Shown here: one piece after another, positions 1 through 16,073 of the stretch
Layout: each line of letters starts with the position of its first letter
Position numbering within the stretch: position 1 is the first letter of the stretch
Notes under the pieces: generated by a model
Told to the model about the DNA's origin: nothing
Seen by the model: only the letters and a program-made list of their open reading frames with translations
Database searches by the model: none
NCBI RefSeq assembly: GCF_009914755.1
Contig: NC_060941.1
From: the human T2T-CHM13v2.0 reference genome, Homo sapiens
DNA length: 64,000 nt
Strand: one strand, 5' to 3'
Program-made: the position numbers and the translations under genes

Positions 1-1272
1 CTGCTGATTGGTGGAAGTAACAAGACTTGTATTCTGTGCCCTGCCTCCTAATTGGCAGATTCCCTTTACTCTCTGACTTGTCCCAGGCCAGTTTCTTCAT
101 GGCTTCTTGAGAAAGACAGGGCCCAAAGGAGAGAGGTCTACAAACTGTCCCCAGTTCCTGCCCAGCCCAGTGCACATCTTCTTGCTTCCTTGTAACTTTT
201 TCCCCGGCTACCCAACCCCACTGCCAGGTGTTTGAGCCCTTTCTACACCAAACCAAAGAATGGCCTGAGGAGGAAGTAAAAAGGGTGCCATCTGTGGATG
301 AAGGGCAGCTGTGTTCATATGCCCTGTACTACTGAACACTTCACAGTTCTGGCACCTTGAGATTGGTTAATCAACTCAAAAAGAAACTATCTTGAAGGTT
401 TGAAGAACAACCAAAGAAAGGGAGCAAGGACTAGGGCTGTGTATCTTCTGCTTACCCAGCTTTGGAGCAGAGATGTGTCAGCTGGTCCAGGTTGGCCTCC
501 TTCCAGTCCAGCCTCCAGGAGTCTGCTTGTCACCTGTGATTATTGAGGTGCCTGGCAGAGAGAAGGCCATTCCATGAGTGCCACCCAGCTGACAAGAAGA
601 GTTTCTGTGCATGCCCTATGGACAAAGGCACAGCTCACCTGCCTTCCTCAGCCTTGACAATCCCATGCAGCTGACTTGGACCCTGGCCTTGGGAACAATG
701 TTTGAGAGAATACCCGTGACCTGACTGTAGGAGCCAGTAGGGGATCCAGGTGTGCATAGCTGTCTGTAGACATCTTTACACAAATCTGTTGGTAATGCTC
801 CCCACTTGGTGCTCAAGAGAACCTTGGGAGTCTAACAAGGAACCTGGCTGCCTTACCTGGCCACATCCTCCATGCCAGATCTGCACATTGTCTTAATCCA
901 GAGCAGCTCTGTGATAAGAAGGAAATTGGGCCCTATGTAAGAGGGAGCTAGCCCTGGGCCTAGCAGGCAAAAGAATGTGGGGTGTCTTTTCCTGGCCTGT
1001 TTCCATTCTGCCTAGAAGCCTGTGCTTACGTTGCATTGAATGTGGATGCTAGAAGAGCCAGTGGTCCAGAGTGCCACAGAAGGCTTCTGGGCGGCACTTC
1101 ATGGAATGGCATGGTCCCTCTGCCAGCCAGCATCAGGGAGTGGAGGTTGGGCTGTGAGAGTGCTACTTCCCCCTGTGTTGTTTTTCTGATGCACTGTAGA
1201 AATTGTACATAATATATTTAAATCAATGAAAACATATGAATAACAAATCCAATTCTGAAACAAAAAAATAAA
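1..1272 (+). pseudogene. Probable 3' UTR end of a processed pseudogene (retrocopy); parent gene not identified; continues upstream of the window
   Basis: Non-repeat block clearly more GC-rich than the rest of the window, with no intact ORF. It ends with a degenerate poly(A) signal AATAAC (1239-1244) about 14 nt before an A-rich tail (1258-1272), after which the sequence becomes AT-rich. Confidence 0.55.
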
Positions 1273-1339
1273 TTTGTAATGATGAGTATCCTGGAATGGA
1301 AGGAAGACAATAAAGAAAATGGAAACCTAACAGCATGTA

Positions 1340-1697
1340 TGTATTAGTCCATTTTCACACTGCTATAAAGATACTACCTGAGACCAGGTTATTTGTAAAC
1401 AGAAAAGAGGTTTAATTAACTCACAGTTCTGCATGGCTGGGGAAAACTCAGGAAACTTACAGTCATGGTGGAAGGCGAAGATGAAGCAAGGGCCTTCTTC
1501 ACATATTAGCAGGGGAGAGAAAGACCGCAGGGGAAACTCCACTTTTAAAACCATGAGATCTAGGGAGAACCCTCTCACTATCAGGAGAACCACACAGGGA
1601 AAATCATCCACATGATCCAGTCACCTCCAACCAAGCCCCCTTCCTCTACACGTTGAGATTACAATTTGAGATGAGATTTGGGTGGGAACACAGAGTC
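1340..1697 (-). mobile_element. MaLR solo LTR (MSTA/THE1 family)
   Basis: Starts tgtattagtccattttcacactgctataaag, the reverse complement of the MaLR LTR 3' end. Contains gaggtttaattaactcacagttc and ends gagatttgggtgggaacacag. Confidence 0.9.
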
Positions 1698-1874
1698 AGG
1701 CTCAGTCCAGGGACACCAGCTACAATGCAGTACCTTACTTATTAGCAAGATTTATGAAGAGAGCTATGAACACTTCATAAACACCTTCAGAGTGGTTTCA
1801 TCAAGCGAAGTATTCAATACCATGATCAGAGTTTCCAAGACCACCCTCTTTATTTACCTATAGAACCCAGATGA

Positions 1875-2221
<347 letters not shown>

Positions 2222-2955
2222 GACCTCTGCCTCTTAAACCCAAAACTGACCACACCAATGTGCAAGTTTGCCATCTACTTTACATCAGCTACAATGAGTG
2301 GTATTACTCTATCCCTTCACTTTCTTGCTAAACTATTAGTAAACATGGCTTTCTTAATTTGACTCCACAAGATGGTTGCAAATGAGTTACAGTTCCCTTT
2401 CTTTTTGCTAGTGCATGACCTGCTGCACTCACCAACAGATAAAACAGGAGTTCCAGGTCTTTATCTGCCTGGTCTTTGATGCAGCAAACAAGGTAGCAGT
2501 GTGTGACCCACCTACCCACTGCTCCCTAACTCCTGTAGCTGGTTTCTACCCACAGGTGAACACAAAGGGAGTAAATGAGCAGATCTTGAGTATACAAATA
2601 AAGAACAGTAGCCACTTAGAACTGATCCTTTACATAATCAAGATATCAGTCTCTAGCGTACTACACCACCAACAATATTGGTACCCTAGGGTTATTTAAG
2701 CACTCTGAGCAGTGCACTACCACGTTTCATGAGTTTCAGCCTTCTTCCACTGACACACGTAGCAGAGCATGAAGAAAATGATATTCATGGAAGGTTAAAG
2801 CAATACTAAAGAAAAAACAAAACTCTTCTTAAACCCAGTGATTCTAGAATACTGCTTATAAGAGAAGGAATTTGATGAGGAGTTCAAAGAGACGTCAGGA
2901 AAAGCTGCACATGTCATCTTCAATTGCTCCTTTACCTCTCTCAAAATTTGCATCC

Positions 2956-3257
2956 TTTTGTTGAGACAAAGTCTCACTCTGCTGTCCAGGCTGCAGTGCG
3001 GTGGCACAATTATATCTCACTGCAGACCAAAAAACCTGGGATCAAGTGATCCTTCCACTTCAGCTTCCCAAGTAGCTAAGACTGTAGATGTACCACCATA
3101 CCTGGGTAATCTTTTAATTTTGTTTATTTATTCTTTTTTTAGAGATGGGGCCTTGCAATTTTGCACAGGTTGATCTCAAACTTTCGATGTCAAACAATCC
3201 TCCTACCTCAGTGTCTCAAAGTACTGGGATTACAGGCATGAGCCACCATGCCAAGAC
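2956..3257 (-). mobile_element. AluJ-like, diverged
   Basis: Two-arm Alu in antisense with heavy CpG decay and J-type ctcactgcag/gatcaagtgatcc. Confidence 0.9.
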
Positions 3258-3407
3258 TAGATCTGGCATCTCTTCTATCGTTTTATTTCCAATCTAACAT
3301 GGTTTCTGATACATGATAAGGACTTAATTAATAATAAATTGTTGTTTTGGAAGGAAATACAGTATATTCCCGCACCATACCAAAACACAAACACTCTCTC
3401 CCCCACC

Positions 3408-3478
3408 CCACACACATACACCCCTATCCCCTGTCCCCTCACACACACCCATCCCCCCTCACCATACACAGACACACA

Positions 3479-3511
<33 letters not shown>

Positions 3512-3518
3512 GCACACA
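3408..3518. repeat. CA-rich compound microsatellite
   Basis: Imperfect (CA)n runs visible directly. Confidence 0.9.
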
Positions 3519-3856
3519 ATTGTTGTGGGTAGGGTCAACTTATTATGACAAGAACTCAGAATATTTAAATATTTGGAAAACCAAAGAGGAAGATGCAGTG
3601 GAGTCACAGGCAATCAAATTCTGCTGGCCATTTATTGTGATTATCTTCTACCCTGGGTTGAAGATATTTCATTAATAGACCTTAATTATGCTAACAGGCA
3701 TGTCTTTGTCTTCATTGTTTACTGTTCTCTTTGCTTTATGCTCCATCCGCTGAGAGGATTTTCTGTGAAAATTGACCTTATTGACCATATCGAAAGTTGG
3801 CATAGGGAGTATGCACACCTTGGGAGAGGGCCACATGTTTATAAGAACAAGACTGA

Positions 3857-3876
3857 GGACAGAACTAATAGGAGAC

Positions 3877-3909
<33 letters not shown>

Positions 3910-4409
3910 TGTATATATATATGTATATATGTGTATATATGTGTGTATATATGTGTATATATACGTATATATGTGTATATATACGTATATATACGTATAT
4001 ACGTATATATACGTATATATATAAAATGAAGGGGAGTTTATTAAGTATTAACTTACATGATCACAAGATCCCATAATAGGCTATCTGCAAGCTGAGGAGA
4101 AAGGAAAGCCTGTCCGAATCCCAAAACTGAAGAACGTGGAGTCTGATGTTTGACGGCAGGAAGCACCCAGCATCGGAGAAAGATGTAGGTTGGGAGGTGA
4201 GGCCCATCTCGCCTTTTCACATTTTTCTGTCTGCTTTATATTCGCTGACAGTTGATTAGATTGTGTCCACCACATTAAGGGTGGATCTGCCTTCCCCAGC
4301 TCACTGACTCATGTGAATCTCTTTTGGCAACACCCTCACAGACACACCCGGGATCAATACTTTGTATCCTTCAATCCAATCAAGTTGACACTCAGTGTTA
4401 ACCATCACA
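3857..4409 (-). mobile_element. MLT2A1-like solo LTR (HERV-L); terminal ~24 nt of the 3' end missing; internal TA/TG tract expanded
   Basis: Reverse complement begins tgtgatggttaacactgagtgtcaacttgattggattgaaggatacaaagtattgatcc, the MLT2A 5' end. The poly(A) signal region aatacttaataaactcccc is followed by the TA tract and tcctattagttctgtcc. Confidence 0.9.
3877..4023. repeat. (TG)n/(TA)n/(TATACG)n alternating purine-pyrimidine tract inside MLT2A1
   Basis: Seen directly. Confidence 0.95.
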
Positions 4410-4517
4410 CAGAACATGGAAGTTTTTTGTTTGTTTCTTTTGTTCATTCATTCATTTATTAAATCATTCATTTTGAAGAGAGGCTTTGGTTCACATTGAC
4501 AGAATATTATTATTATG

Positions 4518-7227
<2,710 letters not shown>

Positions 7228-7622
7228 TGTTAGAAATTACACTCTGCTCATTTCCAGGCTCAGACCTTAAGAAACTTGAGAATCTTTAAGAATCGTGCAC
7301 ATACAGGCTTATTTTCCCTCATGTTCTTATGTCAAATTTCAATTACAGAGCTACATGGATATGTTCACTTTATGAAAATTTTATCTGTACACTTTAGCTT
7401 TGCTCAATTTCCTGTATATGCATGACAAACGGAAAACTTTCAATTAGAATTAAACAGTTGAATAAAGTTTGACAATTATGTGAAAAATTCAGAAAAGTAA
7501 TAATCTAGCTCATATGTTATATATATAATATAGCATAGTATATTATCTATATATCATAGTATCAATAGTATCAATCATTTTCCCCCAATTATGTAAAAAA
7601 TTCAGAAAAATAAAGTAATATA

Positions 7623-7627
<5 letters not shown>

Positions 7628-7673
<46 letters not shown>
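7628..7673. repeat. (CA)23 microsatellite
   Basis: Pure CA run preceded by gcgcg. Confidence 0.97.
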
Positions 7674-7679
<6 letters not shown>

Positions 7680-7689
7680 ATGTCCACAG

Positions 7690-8000
7690 ATTTGCAGTTT
7701 ATCTGGGGCATCTCTGCCTCAGGCTTATCAGGTAGTTGGGATGAGCTGCAGGCTGAGTTAGATTCAGGTTTTCTCAATGCATCTTCATTTTCCTTGGACT
7801 AGCAGTTACCCAAGTCATGCTATTCTCCTCACAGGTGGCAGATATCCAAGAAGTCAGGACAAACTACGCAAACACATGTGTAGACTCTGTTCATATAATA
7901 TCTGCTACTGTTTATTATAGTGCCTAACTGAAGCTCAAAATTAATGGGGATAGGGATATAGACTTAACCCACTTTATTACAAGGCACTGGAAGATCACTT
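7690..8000 (-). mobile_element. Old MLT1 (J/K-like) MaLR LTR remnant
   Basis: Degenerate motifs (ccttggactagcag, catgctattctc, atctgcta) resemble old MLT1 LTRs. Confidence 0.45.
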
Positions 8001-8161
8001 AGAGAAGGCAAGAAGAATCAGAATGATAATCAACGTACCGCAATGCTATATAGGATAATATAGTAATAGGACATGGGTTTAAATGAGTCATGATTGTCAA
8101 TGATGTAGCAATGTGTGGAGAATTGGAAATATATAGATTTTTGTTAAAACTTACTCCTGTG

Positions 8162-8315
8162 GGCTGGGTGTGGTGGCTCATGCCCATAATTCCAGCACTT
8201 TGGGAGGCTGAGATGAGAGCATCACTTGAGTCCAGGAGTTCCAGACCAGCTTGGTCAACATAGTGGGACCCCGTCTCTAAAAAAAAAAAAAAATAAGAAA
8301 AGGAAAAAGAAAAAA
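8162..8315 (+). mobile_element. FLAM_C / free left Alu monomer
   Basis: Single monomer followed by an A-tail. 16-bp TSD aaaactt(a/g)ctcctgtg at 8146-8161 and 8316-8331. Confidence 0.9.
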
Positions 8316-9949
8316 AAAACTTGCTCCTGTGAACTATATTTAAAACATTGCACCACCTATTCCTGAGACATGAAGTGCCTTTCAAGGCTTATATAATATT
8401 CTCTGTGATACTCACTGTCTGTTTTCACTTATTACACCAGTAAACCCAAAAGGGTCATGTTTGCTAAGTGGTGACTTAGTACCATACCCTGTCCTTAAAC
8501 ATATCTTATATCAAAGCAACAAATTTGCTCAACATGGTGTAGCAATTAGTTGTAATAGGAATAGATGAGACAAAAGAGTGTTTTGAATGGTTTAATTTTG
8601 TTTTGCTGGGGTGGGAAGAATAGAAATAAAATATTTGGTTTTGGACATATTGAGTTTGCAAGTGCTATATGACAGAATGAAAGAAGACATTATATTTAAT
8701 ATTAGAAAAAAAGATCAAATAATCAGGAGAGGTATTCAAAAAAATAAATGAGTTGAAGCATAGATAGAAATATTTATCTCTCCAAAGACTGTTTTCTTAA
8801 TTTCGAAGTAAAAATCAACATTGTTTTTACTCCAGCCAAATAGACACTACACAAAGGATAAAAACTCACCATAGAGAATTAAAATGAAAGCATTAGAAAT
8901 ATCCTTTCCTTTCCCACCTTGTCTAGCGATAGTGACAAAGAGTAGGAATAATCTAATGGAGATTAAGGGTGTCAGGTTTTATCATTCCAGAAAGAGTACA
9001 GGACACACTTATGGCAAAGAAAGTAAGTGTGTAATCCCATCAGCCTACAGGTCGTTGAGAAAATTATTTGCATTGATTAGTTCAGGGATTCAGAGAAATT
9101 CTGCTATATTTCTATGCGATAATTTCTAGTCTACAAAAGAGCAAAATAGAGAACTTAAGTATCGGGCTCATTTTATCAGACAGTTGTAAAGAGAGGGCAA
9201 ATGGACCTTCCTTTTTATGAAGTTAAATGAATGTTGTTATGACATTGTTGAAAGTGGGATAGCATCCCTCTACACCTTATTTGATACACTAATTCTTCCA
9301 AATTATGTTAGCAAATGCCAATAAAAATCTTATAATTCAAATATATGATTTCTGCACATATTAAAATTATTACACTATAACAAAGTTACACCAACTCTTT
9401 TATAACTTAAGACATTCTGATTTTATTTAATATATTTGATAATTTGTTGATTAAAGAAAAAGTCTCCTTAAATTTGGAGAAATTAGAAAACCCTCTCTCA
9501 CCATAAGAACTTTTTCCACCTAAAGAGGAAATGATAAGAAAATGGGTGATTTTCAGAGCCCAGAAAATAAGATAATATTTTTCAAGGATAAAATATACTC
9601 AAAATTTTGCAAACATTCTTATTTACAGCAAAGAAAAATAAGCAAAATTGTTAACAATGGATAAACTAGGATTTCCACACACACAGACACACACACACAC
9701 AGGCACACATGCATACACACAGGGATAATCAATACTGCCAAATGAAGTTAAGAGGTCAGGTAGATTTAGGATTAAAAATAATTCATGAAATCTGGTAATT
9801 ACTAAATAATAAGTGATCATTGAAAGAAAACGTTTATTAGAACAGTGTTTCTAGAAATTAGATTATGACAGTTTGATGAGATGATGGAAGGTGAATAAAT
9901 GAAGGTTATGATGTCAATTTTCAATAATATTGGTTCTTTCTTTCTAGAA

Positions 9950-10645
9950 TATGCTTCTCCTATTGCTCTTCCTAGGAAAGTTTTACTCATATCAAAACTC
10001 AGAGGAAAATGGAGTGAAGAATATACGTGTCCCTGATATATGTATACGTGTGTATGTGTGTGTTTGTATATATGTGTATGTGTGTGTATACATACACATG
10101 TATATATGTATATGTATTTGTATACACATATGTATATTTCACTTGTATGTAACCATATATATCTAGATTAAGCTAGACAAAAGCTCATACTGATGTCTCA
10201 ATCTGCAATACATTACCTCATAGTTCATTCCACCCTTCTCCTCTCTCTTATCTGTAACCTTCCACTCAAATAGTGAGAGACATATCTCATGCAATCTATA
10301 ATCAATTTACTGAATTGTTCATATTCTATATATATGTATAGCTGTAACAGACTTACAACATGTAAATCTTTGGTAAGCTACTTTATCAAGTATATTACAG
10401 TGCCTATGTACAGTTTCTTTTGTTTCTGGCCTTTTAGACTCCTCTCATTTATAAAGTTACTTAAGTCAGCACCTTTTCCCTCTACCTCCTTCAGTGAGGT
10501 TGTGTCATAAATTTGTAATATAGTTAGATCATTTTGTCAGTCAACATTCCATCCTGGGATTACACTAAGCTCCTGCATATATTTTTAAATTCCATACTTT
10601 AAGTTTCACTGCTTGTAATAAAAGTCCTATAGGTTCTAAAAAGTC
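9950..10645 (-). mobile_element. Old L1 (L1MC/L1MD) 3' UTR with TA/TG simple repeat at ~10020-10160
   Basis: catactgatgtctc, ttatctgtaacc.tccactc and aaagttacttaagtcagcacc resemble L1MC/MD 3' ends. Confidence 0.65.
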
Positions 10646-10689
10646 CATCTTTGCTGACCAGTATTGTCTCAATAAAATAGATTATATTG

Positions 10690-11230
10690 TGTGCCGTGAG
10701 AGAGAATTACCTGGGTTGAAGATATGGTTGAAGATTTGAAGTTAGTTTTGAAAGTTTAGAATAGCTGCTATGTGAATAAGGAAATGGGGCTGAGAAAGAA
10801 ATGTCAAACAAAGAAAAATTGCTGAGTTGCTTCAGTGCTTAAGCAAAGCTGCTATCATAAATGTATAATAGATATAATTAAAGAGAACATGAGGTTTTTC
10901 CAGCAGCACTTCTCAGCCCAGGGAAAAGTGAGATGATTAGATTGGTCAACATTTTGGCATTGCCAAGGAGAGGTCATCGGCAGAAGGTGAAGGGGACTGA
11001 ATAGATGGAAAGTAGTAGGGAGAAAGTCACTGAGATGATTAACCATGAGATTGGTCCAGGATAGCCTGGGAGGGAAATGAAGTCAGATAAGTTCTATATT
11101 CTAATAGATTAAGATGAGCTCAGTGATTAGAGGTCAGGGATGACTGTAACAGCAGGTTTGGCTAAGTGGAAGAGCTGAGATTACAGGAAACTGGCTGGTT
11201 AAGGGGCAATTTCAGACTTCAGGAATATGA
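10690..11230 (+). mobile_element. L2 remnant
   Basis: Purine-rich degenerate sequence typical of L2 fragments; similar relics at ~8600-8760 and ~9740-9920. Confidence 0.4.
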
Positions 11231-14029
11231 TTTATCAATATAGAGTTTCAACCCACTGAATTTAACGAGAAGGAAAAAGCATATGTTTGCATAATAAGGA
11301 GACAAATAGAACATCTCAGTCTTCATAACAATTGAATTTGGGAAACATAAACTTGATTTATCACTCATTTAGTTTTGATTGTAACTACATTGTTAAGCCT
11401 AAAAGCTGTAAATCAACTTCTTGAATAGATTTGTTAGTGACTGCAATTAATTAAAGCTAATTCAAATATACTTTATAAAATAATCAGAGGTTAAAACTTA
11501 TATTTAAATTTAGTAATTAATTGATACATGGCTAGTGTTCCTATATAAATCTTTCTGGGTTTTAACTTCAGACAGATACATAAATATTTCAGTTATTTGC
11601 ACACTGACTGTTCCAAATCTCAAGTCCTGAAAAGTATTAACCTTTGATTCATCTTGATTTCTGCAAAGAATGTAAATAACTTTAGAAAGAAGACATACCA
11701 CACTGATCAAAAGTTAATAAATTAACTAAAATTTTTTCTAACCTTAAAGTAACTGAATTATTACCTATTAAAGATAGGAATCATGATAAAAAAAATAAAT
11801 GAATGCTTTCTGCAATCCAAAACTGAAAAATTAAGTAAGTTATTTAAAAGAAACCTCTTCTAAAAAAACTTTTATTTTCAATCAAATAGCTCAGTGAGCT
11901 TCTCAAAAAATATGTATCATCTCTATCTGTGATTTTGGTTGCATTTTTGCCTTTGTATGCATGAAATTCTATTTACTTACATTAAGTTAAGCTTCTTGAA
12001 TTTGTCTCTTTACTACCATTTTTGGCTGAAAATAATACACAGACTTCATTTATTCTTGGATGATTATAATAATGATAAGCAGATAGCAATTAAAAATGAA
12101 AGAAAACATTCTCAATTATTATTACTAATGCACTGAATTTACATTACATTACAAATAACATTTTTACAAGATTTACTTGACCTTTAAGGTTTTGTGCATT
12201 CTAGTTATTACCTTTAAAATAACCAAGAATATCTGAAATTTTGGCAATGCTATATGGTACAATATGAAACTGTTGGCAAAACTGCCTACATATAGTTCCG
12301 TAGAGTCGGAGCTTTTCCATATGGAAGATGACTTCATAAAACCTCCCCAGACTAAATATGCACTTTGTCTCATATTTTCAGATTCTAGATTAATTTGCAC
12401 AATTAGTAATCATACTGACTGAAAGGACTATAATTTACCATAAAGAGTTTACCAACTGAAATATATTAATTCTTCTATATGTAAGCATATCACAATGTTA
12501 ACAACATCAGTGATTAAATAAATAATTGATGGTGCTAGCGTTAGTAGGAATGATTTGCTCCTTCATTACAGTATGTATCTGTTAGCTCAAGACATTTGGT
12601 TTAAGACCAACGTTTTCACAGACAAAAAACGTTAAAATAGAGCATGAAATGATTACAATGAGTAGCACAATGAGACAAATCAGAGGGTTGCACAATGATG
12701 TCATCTCTAGAGTGAAATTATTTCTTGGTGTTTTACTTAAACTGTAGAAATGACGTTATTAATTAAGAATTCTGCAAGAACTTTTCCCTAATTTTAAAAG
12801 CAGAGTATTACCTTATAAGAAATATGTAGCTTAAAAGACTGCTAACTAAAGCACATTTGAATAGCCAATACCATAAAAGATTTGTGAGAACTGTGTTTCC
12901 ATTTTTAAGGAACCACTCCTGAAAATAGGTTTCAAGTTTGCAGCCATCAAGAAGAAATGTGTTTGGGCATATAGAAAGCGCTCTTTACAGATCTGTTATA
13001 CTCGGGAACTTTGAAGGTTATTTGAATGGCTGAAGAAAACTGTCAAACAGATTATTTAAACTTTACAAGTTATAAATTCAGGAGAAATCAGTGGATATAG
13101 GGTACAACTCTAGGGGACCATTGATACTTTTTGAGTTTGCTGATTCAATTTGGTGGTTTCATATTGTGTGTTTAAGAAGTGTTGGTCCAGAAAATCAGGC
13201 CAATGATAAAATAATTTAACACTTAATGATTGCCTTTCAATATGTATTTAAAATGTATACAACTCTAAAATAGAAAAATTGCATCGTTTCCATCAGGAAT
13301 TAAAACTCATTTCCTAGTAGCATCCACAACAGTAAATTCTCAATTTGCTGGAACCAAAATTTCCGGAAACCAAATTTTATTTCTTAGCACTCAGCATTAG
13401 GATAGTCATGCACATCAAAAGAAAATGGGATTAGTCCAAAAACTGTTTAGTGTTTAACTGTCTTCAAAAACATTTAGCCTTCTGATCAGATCTATATGTA
13501 CATGGTTATATAATGAAAACAACTGCTCAGTACACTCCCTTTTCCTCCCCAATAAACTAAGAAAATTGATATTAGGCACGTATCATAATAAAATGGACAT
13601 GAGAAACAAAAAATAGAAAACCTCAAAGTTATACACCTACTGTGTGCAATAAAGTGTGCTAAGTATTTTTAGGCGTTTTAGACTTCAGAGAATATAGATT
13701 TTTTTCTCAAGCAACCTAAGAGATTAGATGGACAAGAAAAAATCCATATATTAATAATTATAAGTTAAGGTTGAAAATTATAAGTGCTGTAAAAGGTAAA
13801 GGTAAACTAGTATCTACTTTCTGAGATGAAAAAATTTATTTTTGTAGAGGGCTGCAGGAGGTTTCCTACACCGAGTCTCATTTACTGTGGCCCTCAAATA
13901 AGTATTATGTTGATACATGGTGAGCAGAAGAAAATATACTACAGAGAGTGAATAGTAAGAGCAAAGACATTTTTAAAATCAGAGCACTCTATGGAAATAC
14001 ATCACTTGTGGTTAAATAAATACCTTGTT

Positions 14030-14210
14030 GAGCCGGTTGGATCAAGATTCAATATCCTTTCTCAATTTACAAGCTGTATCATGCTGGATCAATTATTTAC
14101 TCTGCTCATCTGCAGAAATTGATACAATAATAATAATGCTTTTATTATGGTTTGTTTTAAGGACAATGAGAAGATACATATAAAATTCCTGGTATATCTA
14201 TTATTATTAT
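14030..14210 (+). mobile_element. MIR
   Basis: Core-like ctcatctgcagaaattgatacaataat...tttgttttaaggacaatgagaa...aaaattcctggta. Confidence 0.55.
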
Positions 14211-15903
14211 TTTCAATATATATTTTTGCATTGTGAAGTTTTTCAAAAAGTTACAGTTTAATATATGTTTCAGTATTTACGTTGCTGTCCCATGAAGTAG
14301 CTAATATTGATTTGTTAATCTCAATTGGTAAACTGTTATCTAATAAGTAAGTTAGAAAAATAACTTTGATGTTGTTACCAAGTATTTTATATTTAGATTT
14401 CAACATGTGTAAGTAATGATATCTAATATATATGGTGCCCTGTGTGACAGATAATGTATTTTACATGTGTTGACTGAATGAATCTTTACAATAACCCTAT
14501 CAGGGAGGTACCAATATATCCCCATTTTATAAATGAGAATAAGAAAGTGAGTTCATGCTTCTAGATCCACTAATGTGTATGATAAACAACCCTAAGAACA
14601 AGGAATATAGAATTTACCTTGCCTTATTACACAACTAGGGAATCCCTAGGAAATCCCTAGAAAGATACAGAATTAGTCAGTGTAATGTGGATTAGTTATT
14701 TGTACGAGTTAAAAGAGCATGATGCAACTGATTTCATTTAATGAATTCTGCAGATATTTACTGTGTACTTCTATGGACATAACACTACACTAGGCACTCT
14801 GGAGGGTGCAACGATTAAGTTTGTCTCAATCTGTTTAGGAAGCCCTCTATTTACATGCCTTTCTATACAAAATTGCCATAATAGAGACATAGGTGTAGTG
14901 CTACCTGAGCAAATGTAAGAAAAATATACATTCTGCTCTGTTTTAATCATACAGAACAATGTAAGGGAAAAAAAATCGTATTTGAACTACACCTTGAAGG
15001 ATAACTGAGAACTTGTAAAGAACAGCCTAATCAGAGGGAATAGAATTAGCAGAAGTATGGAATATGAATAAAATGGTTACTACAGAAAGATGTAGGGTTA
15101 GATGTGGCTGTAACTATAATGAGGAAGATTGTGGAGGCTTTTGGAAACCTTGCAAATCTGATACTTTCCTGCAGGTAATCAAGATCTAAGAAAAGCCTCT
15201 CAATACCCCTTACATAACTACATATAAATTATCTTTATATTAGAGAGCGGTAACTCTGGTGGCTTTATAAATGACAGGAGAAAAAGGAACTGTGAGAAAT
15301 ATTTCAGCCATTATTTCACAAATCAAGAAAAGAGATGATGAGGATCTGCTCTCCGAAAATGGCTTGAGAAAGTTGATGCTACAGTGACATTTAAGGTGTG
15401 ATAGGGCATTGGAATCTGCAATGATATCAAATATTTCAAAACCATGTAACTGGGAGGAAAGGGTCAAACAAGGAATATGGAAAGGGTATCTGTTGGATGA
15501 AGTTGAGTGAGTATAATAATAGCAGGATAATATTTATTATAGTAAATAAATATATATGTATCTATAAAGTATACTCAAGCATTTTGATCAGTAAAATTTG
15601 GGAAAGATGAATGCAAGGAATTGTAAATAAACCAGATAGCCTTGAATAAAATAGAAATTATACTAAGATCGAGAAAGACTGAATAGCATAGTTGTCATAT
15701 AAAAGCCAGGTAAGAAGAGTGTCCAACAACGTTTTGATCAGTAATGAATCGGCCAGTAATGAATCCCCCCAGAGGTCTCAACTGGCCCCTATTTTTAGGA
15801 AGATGAAACATCCGTCTGCTCCATAAATTATGAGATGACAAGGCCTAGTAAATTGTAAACCGGTGTGAGACATTTAGTAACAAGGACTTGATAGAAACAG
15901 AGG

Positions 15904-16073
15904 GCAAAAAAAGGGCACTACCTAAGGAGTTACAGGCCATAGACTTTGTTTTATATATACTAGGCTCCCAAGAGTATTTTTTGGCTCCTTTTCTGAGCAA
16001 AAAAGGCACTAGCTGAGGAGTTACAGGCCAGAGACTTTGTTTTATATATATTAGGCTCCCAAGAGTATTTTTG
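15904..16073. repeat. Two-copy direct repeat with a ~93-bp period
   Basis: gcaaaaaa(a)gg(g)cacta.ct.aggagttacaggcca.agactttgttttatatata.taggctcccaagagtattttt occurs at 15904 and 15997. Confidence 0.95.

Noticed and set aside
616-1212. 66-aa and 76-aa ORFs in the GC-richer block
   Set aside because: Non-ATG starts and no recognisable protein similarity; consistent with UTR-derived chance ORFs.
3573-4076. 167-aa ORF, with overlapping 3275-3613 and 3772-4029 ORFs
   Set aside because: Kept open by TG/TA/CA microsatellites (VCVC, YIYI, HTHT peptides); no domain or splice evidence.
15904-16073. Direct repeats (also 19830, 51727, 59108) as a CRISPR-like array
   Set aside because: Only 2-3 head-to-tail copies, no unique spacers, no cas genes, and a eukaryotic context.
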